From Spirulina sp. (lineage in GTDB: Bacteria > Cyanobacteriota > Cyanobacteriia > Phormidesmidales > Phormidesmidaceae), in the NCBI GenBank assembly GCA_044070495.1, contig JBIPSI010000048.1, positions 1-28,334 on the forward strand: a stretch of 28,334 bases of DNA, read 5' to 3'. The stretch's first letter is position 1; every line of letters begins with the position of its first letter. The translations under genes and the position numbers were made by a program. Under the pieces are notes generated by a model, which had not been told where the DNA came from, did no database searches, and worked only from the letters and a program-made list of their open reading frames with translations. Positions 25,685 to 28,334 of this stretch are shown in pieces.

Positions 25685-27397
25685 TTAGGGCTGTTGCTGT
25701 TGCTGTTGACGGGCCTGCTGTTGCTGAAGAGCCTGTTGCGCGGCCTGAAGCCCCTGGGTCGCCAGGGCTTGATTGGCATCGAGGGCAAGGGCCAGTTGGA
25801 AGGCGGCGATGGCTTCGGGGTAGCGCTGGAGCCTAAACAGGGCAAGCCCCTGTCCGGTGTGGGCGCTGGCATCTTGGGGGGTGATGGTGATGACCTGGGT
25901 GTAGGCCTCTAGGGCGGCGGGCCATTGTTCGAGGGAGGTGAGGGCAATGGCGCGATTAAACCAAGCCTGGGCGGATTCGGGGTTGCGGCCAATGGCTTGG
26001 TCGGCGGATTCTAGGGCTTCGTCGTAGCGCCGGAGGTTCCACAGGACGACGCTGCGGTTGGCCCAGATATCGCCATCGTAGGGGGCCAGTTCTAACCCTT
26101 GGTCGTAGGCGGCGAGGGCCTCTTCGTAGCGGCGCAGAGACCGCAGAATGATCCCTCGATTCAGCCAGGCCCGCACGTTTTCGGGGGCGAGATCCAGGGC
26201 GGTTTGGTTAGCGGCGAGGGCGTCGTCGTAGCGTTCTAGGTACCAAAGGATGACGCCCCGGTGGTTGTGGGCTTCGGCATCGTTGGGGGCCATGCCCACG
26301 GCGCGGTTGATGGAGGCGAGGGCGTCTTCGTACTGGCCCAATCCGGTGAGGGCAATGCTGCGCTGGTTGAGGGCGTTACCCAGGCTGAGATCCTGCCAGC
26401 GGCCATCCCCTTGAATGGCTAGGTTACAGGCTTCGAGGGCGGCTTCGTGCTGGCCGATGCGGTTGAGGGTGGCACAGCGACCTAGGTGGGCAAAGGCGTA
26501 GGTGGCATCCAGTTCGGTGGCGCGGGTGAAGGAGGTGAGGGCTTCTTCGGGCCGCTGAAGCTGCCGCAAAATCTGGCCCTGGGCGGCCCAGAGCACGGGA
26601 TCGCTGGGGTCTAGGGCGAGGGCTTGGTCGTAGGCGGCGATGGCGGCATCGTAGTCCATCATTTGGGCGTGGGCGCGGCCTTGATCGGCCCAGGCCATGG
26701 CAGGGGATTGGTTGCCCCAGCGACCATTGCCCGCACGGGCGGCTTCGCAACTGGGAATGGCAGTTTGAGCCAGCCCCAGATCCACCTGCACCCGACATTG
26801 ATAGGCGAGGGCGAGGGAATCTTCGGGTTCCTCCAGCAGAGCACGCTCCAGGGCAATGGCCGCTTGCTCTAACTGGCCCGACTGGCTGAGGATAATTCCC
26901 CGATACCGCCAAGCCACGGCGGGGGAGGCATCGCCCCAGTTGCCATTAATGCGAAGGGCGTTATTGCAGGCGTCAAGGGCGGCTTCGGCGTTGTTGAGTC
27001 CGGCATAGCCCATGCACAGGTAGGCACTGGCCAGGGAATATTGCGGGTCAAAAAAGAGAGCCTGGTCGGCGGAAACCACGGCGTCCGGGTAGTTTTTCAT
27101 CTCCAGCAGCACGCTACTGCGCAAGGCCCAGAGGTCGGCGGCGTCTTGCTCTAGGGCAATAGCCTGTTCGCAAGCGGCGAGGGCTTTGTCGTATTCTCTT
27201 GCGTCCCGTTGCAGGCGGCAGAGGGTGGCCCAATAGTAGACATCGTTGAGGGATTCAAAGTTTTGCTTTTGGGCTTGAGCTTGGGCTTGACCCTGACCAG
27301 GCAACCCCCACAGCGCCCCTGCCACAAGGCTCAAGGCTCCCCAACGCTTCAGCGACCGGGGCCAAAGGCGAGTTGTGTTCCAAGAAGGCATCCCCAT
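25685..27397 (-). CDS. Exported tetratricopeptide repeat protein with a poly-Gln tail
   Basis: Signal-like leader (KRWGALSLVAGALWGL..AQA), more than a dozen TPRs (e.g. AWLNRGIILRSLRRYEEALAAYDQGLELAP), C-terminal QQQQARQQQQQQP. Confidence 0.92.
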   Translation of the reverse strand: MGMPSWNTTRLWPRSLKRWGALSLVAGALWGLPGQGQAQAQAQKQNFESLNDVYYWATLCRLQRDAREYDKALAACEQAIALEQDAADLWALRSSVLLEMKNYPDAVVSADQALFFDPQYSLASAYLCMGYAGLNNAEAALDACNNALRINGNWGDASPAVAWRYRGIILSQSGQLEQAAIALERALLEEPEDSLALAYQCRVQVDLGLAQTAIPSCEAARAGNGRWGNQSPAMAWADQGRAHAQMMDYDAAIAAYDQALALDPSDPVLWAAQGQILRQLQRPEEALTSFTRATELDATYAFAHLGRCATLNRIGQHEAALEACNLAIQGDGRWQDLSLGNALNQRSIALTGLGQYEDALASINRAVGMAPNDAEAHNHRGVILWYLERYDDALAANQTALDLAPENVRAWLNRGIILRSLRRYEEALAAYDQGLELAPYDGDIWANRSVVLWNLRRYDEALESADQAIGRNPESAQAWFNRAIALTSLEQWPAALEAYTQVITITPQDASAHTGQGLALFRLQRYPEAIAAFQLALALDANQALATQGLQAAQQALQQQQARQQQQQQP

Positions 27398-27484
27398 GGC
27401 AAACCCGTAGGACTAGGAGAGCAGCGGCGCAGTTGGCCTACCCCAGAGAATACCAGGCGGGACAGTGAATGGTGGCAACTTGTA

Positions 27485-27516
27485 TTATTCAATTATTCTG
27501 TATATTGATTGAATAA
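27485..27516. promoter_or_regulatory. Inverted-repeat operator, likely for the ArsR-rhodanese regulator
   Basis: TTATTCAAT-N14-ATTGAATAA, ending 25 nt upstream of ATG 27541, in the divergent promoter. Confidence 0.7.
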
Positions 27517-27540
27517 CAGCGTTATCGAGGGTCAGGCTCC

Positions 27541-28206
27541 ATGGCGGCAACAACGGGTAAGCGGGAAATCCTAGGGCAGTTGGCCACCCTAGCCAAGGCA
27601 CTGGGACACGAGTATCGGCTGGAACTGCTGGAACTGATTGCCCAGGGAGATCGCAGTGTGGAGCGGCTGGCGGAGCTAATGAATCTGCCCATCGCCACGG
27701 TGTCTCAGCATTTGCAGCAGTTGCGCCGCAGTGGTTTGGTCACCACTCGCAAAGAGGGCCGCTACGTGTACTACCACCTCGCCGATGACGAAGTGGTGCA
27801 GTTAACTCGATCCCTGCGACGGCTGGCCGAACGCAACCTAGCCGAAATGCAGCAGCTTATGACCCACTATTTCCAGGGCGGTGATGGGCTAGAGGCGATT
27901 TCCATTACAGATTTGGTGGATCGGTTGAAAGCGGGCCAAGTCACCCTGCTGGATGTGCGCCCACCGGAGGAATACGCCGCTGGCCATCTACCGGGGGCGA
28001 TCAACATTCCCCTCTCAGAACTCACCCAGCGTTTGCAAGAACTACCCGCCGATGGTGCCGTGGTGGCCTATTGCCGTGGCCCCTACTGCGCCCTCTCCCA
28101 CGATGCAGCGGCCCTGTTGCAACAACGGGGGTTTACGGCCCTGCGACTGCAAGAAGGCTACCCCGAATGGAAGGCCGAGGGCTTACCCATTCACCTGGCT
28201 GCCTGA
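27541..28206 (+). CDS. ArsR/SmtB-family regulator fused to a rhodanese domain
   Basis: AKALGHEYRLELLELIAQGDRSVE..VSQHLQQLRRSGLV (ArsR HTH); LLDVRPPEEYAAGHLPGAINIP..AYCRGPYC..GYPEW (rhodanese). Confidence 0.93.
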   Translation: MAATTGKREILGQLATLAKALGHEYRLELLELIAQGDRSVERLAELMNLPIATVSQHLQQLRRSGLVTTRKEGRYVYYHLADDEVVQLTRSLRRLAERNLAEMQQLMTHYFQGGDGLEAISITDLVDRLKAGQVTLLDVRPPEEYAAGHLPGAINIPLSELTQRLQELPADGAVVAYCRGPYCALSHDAAALLQQRGFTALRLQEGYPEWKAEGLPIHLAA

Positions 28207-28334
28207 CACAACGCCGAAAAGCATTATTTTTTCGTAGGTTGGGTGGCGCGATAGCAGAACCCAACAAGCCCACTATTCGCGGCGAGTGTTGGGTTCCGCT
28301 TCGCTGCACCCAACCTACTTTGGAGATGTGTCAG
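28195..28334. mobile_element. MITE-like element, copy 2 (right TIR cut by the window end)
   Basis: CTGGCTGCCTGACACAACGCCGAAAAGC...GTAGGTTGGGTGGCGCGATAGCAGAACCCAAC...ACCCAACCTAC..GGAGATGTGTCAG; collinear with 6928-7067. Confidence 0.75.

Noticed and set aside
25642..25872. N-terminal extension of the nuclease ORF (345-aa version)
   Set aside because: It overlaps the TPR gene end in another frame; family-like sequence begins at MALTTLTQ.

Overview
GC-rich cyanobacterial chromosomal segment (gene content and protein sequences suggest a filamentous, Leptolyngbya-like cyanobacterium; this is an inference). It is mostly housekeeping: nifJ (PFOR) with a dihydroorotate-dehydrogenase-like gene, cdsA, furA, a NarL/LuxR response regulator, coaX, an M48 peptidase, DUF4330, bioB, an ACT-domain malic enzyme, the DUF3285-ybeY-dgkA-trpG/pabA run, an RCK-gated K+ channel-like protein, a class I glutamine amidotransferase, a Cas4/AddB-like PD-(D/E)XK nuclease, two TPR proteins and an ArsR-rhodanese regulator. 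I found no tRNA, rRNA, CRISPR array or transposase. The most unusual signals are: (1) three 130-150 bp non-coding elements that share a 16-bp terminal inverted repeat but carry different GTAG-type REP hairpin cargo; one internal 21-bp segment is inverted between two copies, and one copy supplies the last codons and stop of the ArsR gene; (2) a nested, symmetric repeat composite between nifJ and the DHOD-like gene; (3) an AT-rich orphan gene encoding a TM helix plus a beta-rich domain that resembles Cap15-type immune effectors; (4) an apparently exported GUN4-WD40 fusion and an exported TPR protein with four C-x15-C repeats; (5) apparent absence of HIP1/CGATCG and GGCGCC. All calls were made by eye, with no database search.
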